Shown here piece after piece: positions 63,856 to 64,000 of a stretch of 64,000 bases of DNA (positions within the stretch are counted from its first letter, which is position 1; each line of letters begins with the position of its first letter). The stretch spans positions 14,570,001 through 14,634,000 of the forward strand of contig NC_082730.1 in the NCBI RefSeq assembly GCF_030144855.1. The letters are read 5' to 3'. The position numbers and the translations under genes are program-made. Under the pieces are notes generated by a model. The model was not told the origin of the DNA. It saw nothing but the letters and a program-made list of their open reading frames with translations, and ran no database searches. Source of the stretch: Hypanus sabinus. Lineage: Eukaryota.

Positions 63856-63892
63856 CGGGCAGGGAACAGATGAGAAGAATCGGAATCCACAT
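63856..63892 (-). CDS. Gene C exon 1 (signal peptide) of CD300/pIgR-like (CMRF35-like) receptor
   Basis: ATG TGG ATT CCG ATT CTT CTC ATC TGT TCC CTG CCC G|gtgagt = MWIPILLICSLP. 37 nt with a phase-1 donor that matches the phase-1 acceptor of the IgV exon. Confidence 0.88.
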
Positions 63893-63984
63893 GTTCTGTT
63901 GACAGTGACCGACTGGGCAGCACTTGCCTGTCACTCAGCTCTTCGCTCTAAGAACTAAATAACAGACTAAACGAAAAGGGACAT

Positions 63985-64000
63985 GGAAGTTGAAAGAGGA
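63985..64000 (+). promoter_or_regulatory. ETS-core GGAAGT and partial PU.1-like AAAGAGGA about 100 bp upstream of gene C ATG
   Basis: Motif match only; the window ends mid-motif. Confidence 0.2.

Noticed and set aside
1-64000. rRNA, tRNA genes, CRISPR arrays, prokaryotic operons
   Set aside because: None seen; tRNA-like sequence is limited to SINE heads and LTR primer-binding sites.

Overview
Vertebrate, repeat-rich genomic DNA. The CR1/V-SINE/Gypsy landscape suggests a cartilaginous fish, probably a ray (inference). The host content is a minus-strand tandem array of four CD300/pIgR-like (CMRF35-like) Ig-receptor paralogues. One copy is intact (gene C, about 48.1-63.9 kb): signal peptide, IgV, a mucin stalk built from a 39-bp VNTR, an Arg-containing TM and a short tail, 275 aa predicted. 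Three copies are decayed: A (IgV + two IgC2-like exons, all broken), B1 (frameshifted TM exon, no V exon) and B2 (stalk exon only). The most unusual observation is two unrelated Ty3/Gypsy elements whose pol (RT-RNaseH-integrase) is replaced by intronless host mRNA fragments: PARD3B around PDZ1 (37.7-38.7 kb, + strand) and the RBM25 RRM region (12.3-12.85 kb, - strand). These look like LTR-mediated gene captures. An 11.7-kb nested transposon stack lies at 33.7-45.5 kb. All protein identities come from my recognition of translated sequence, not from database searches.
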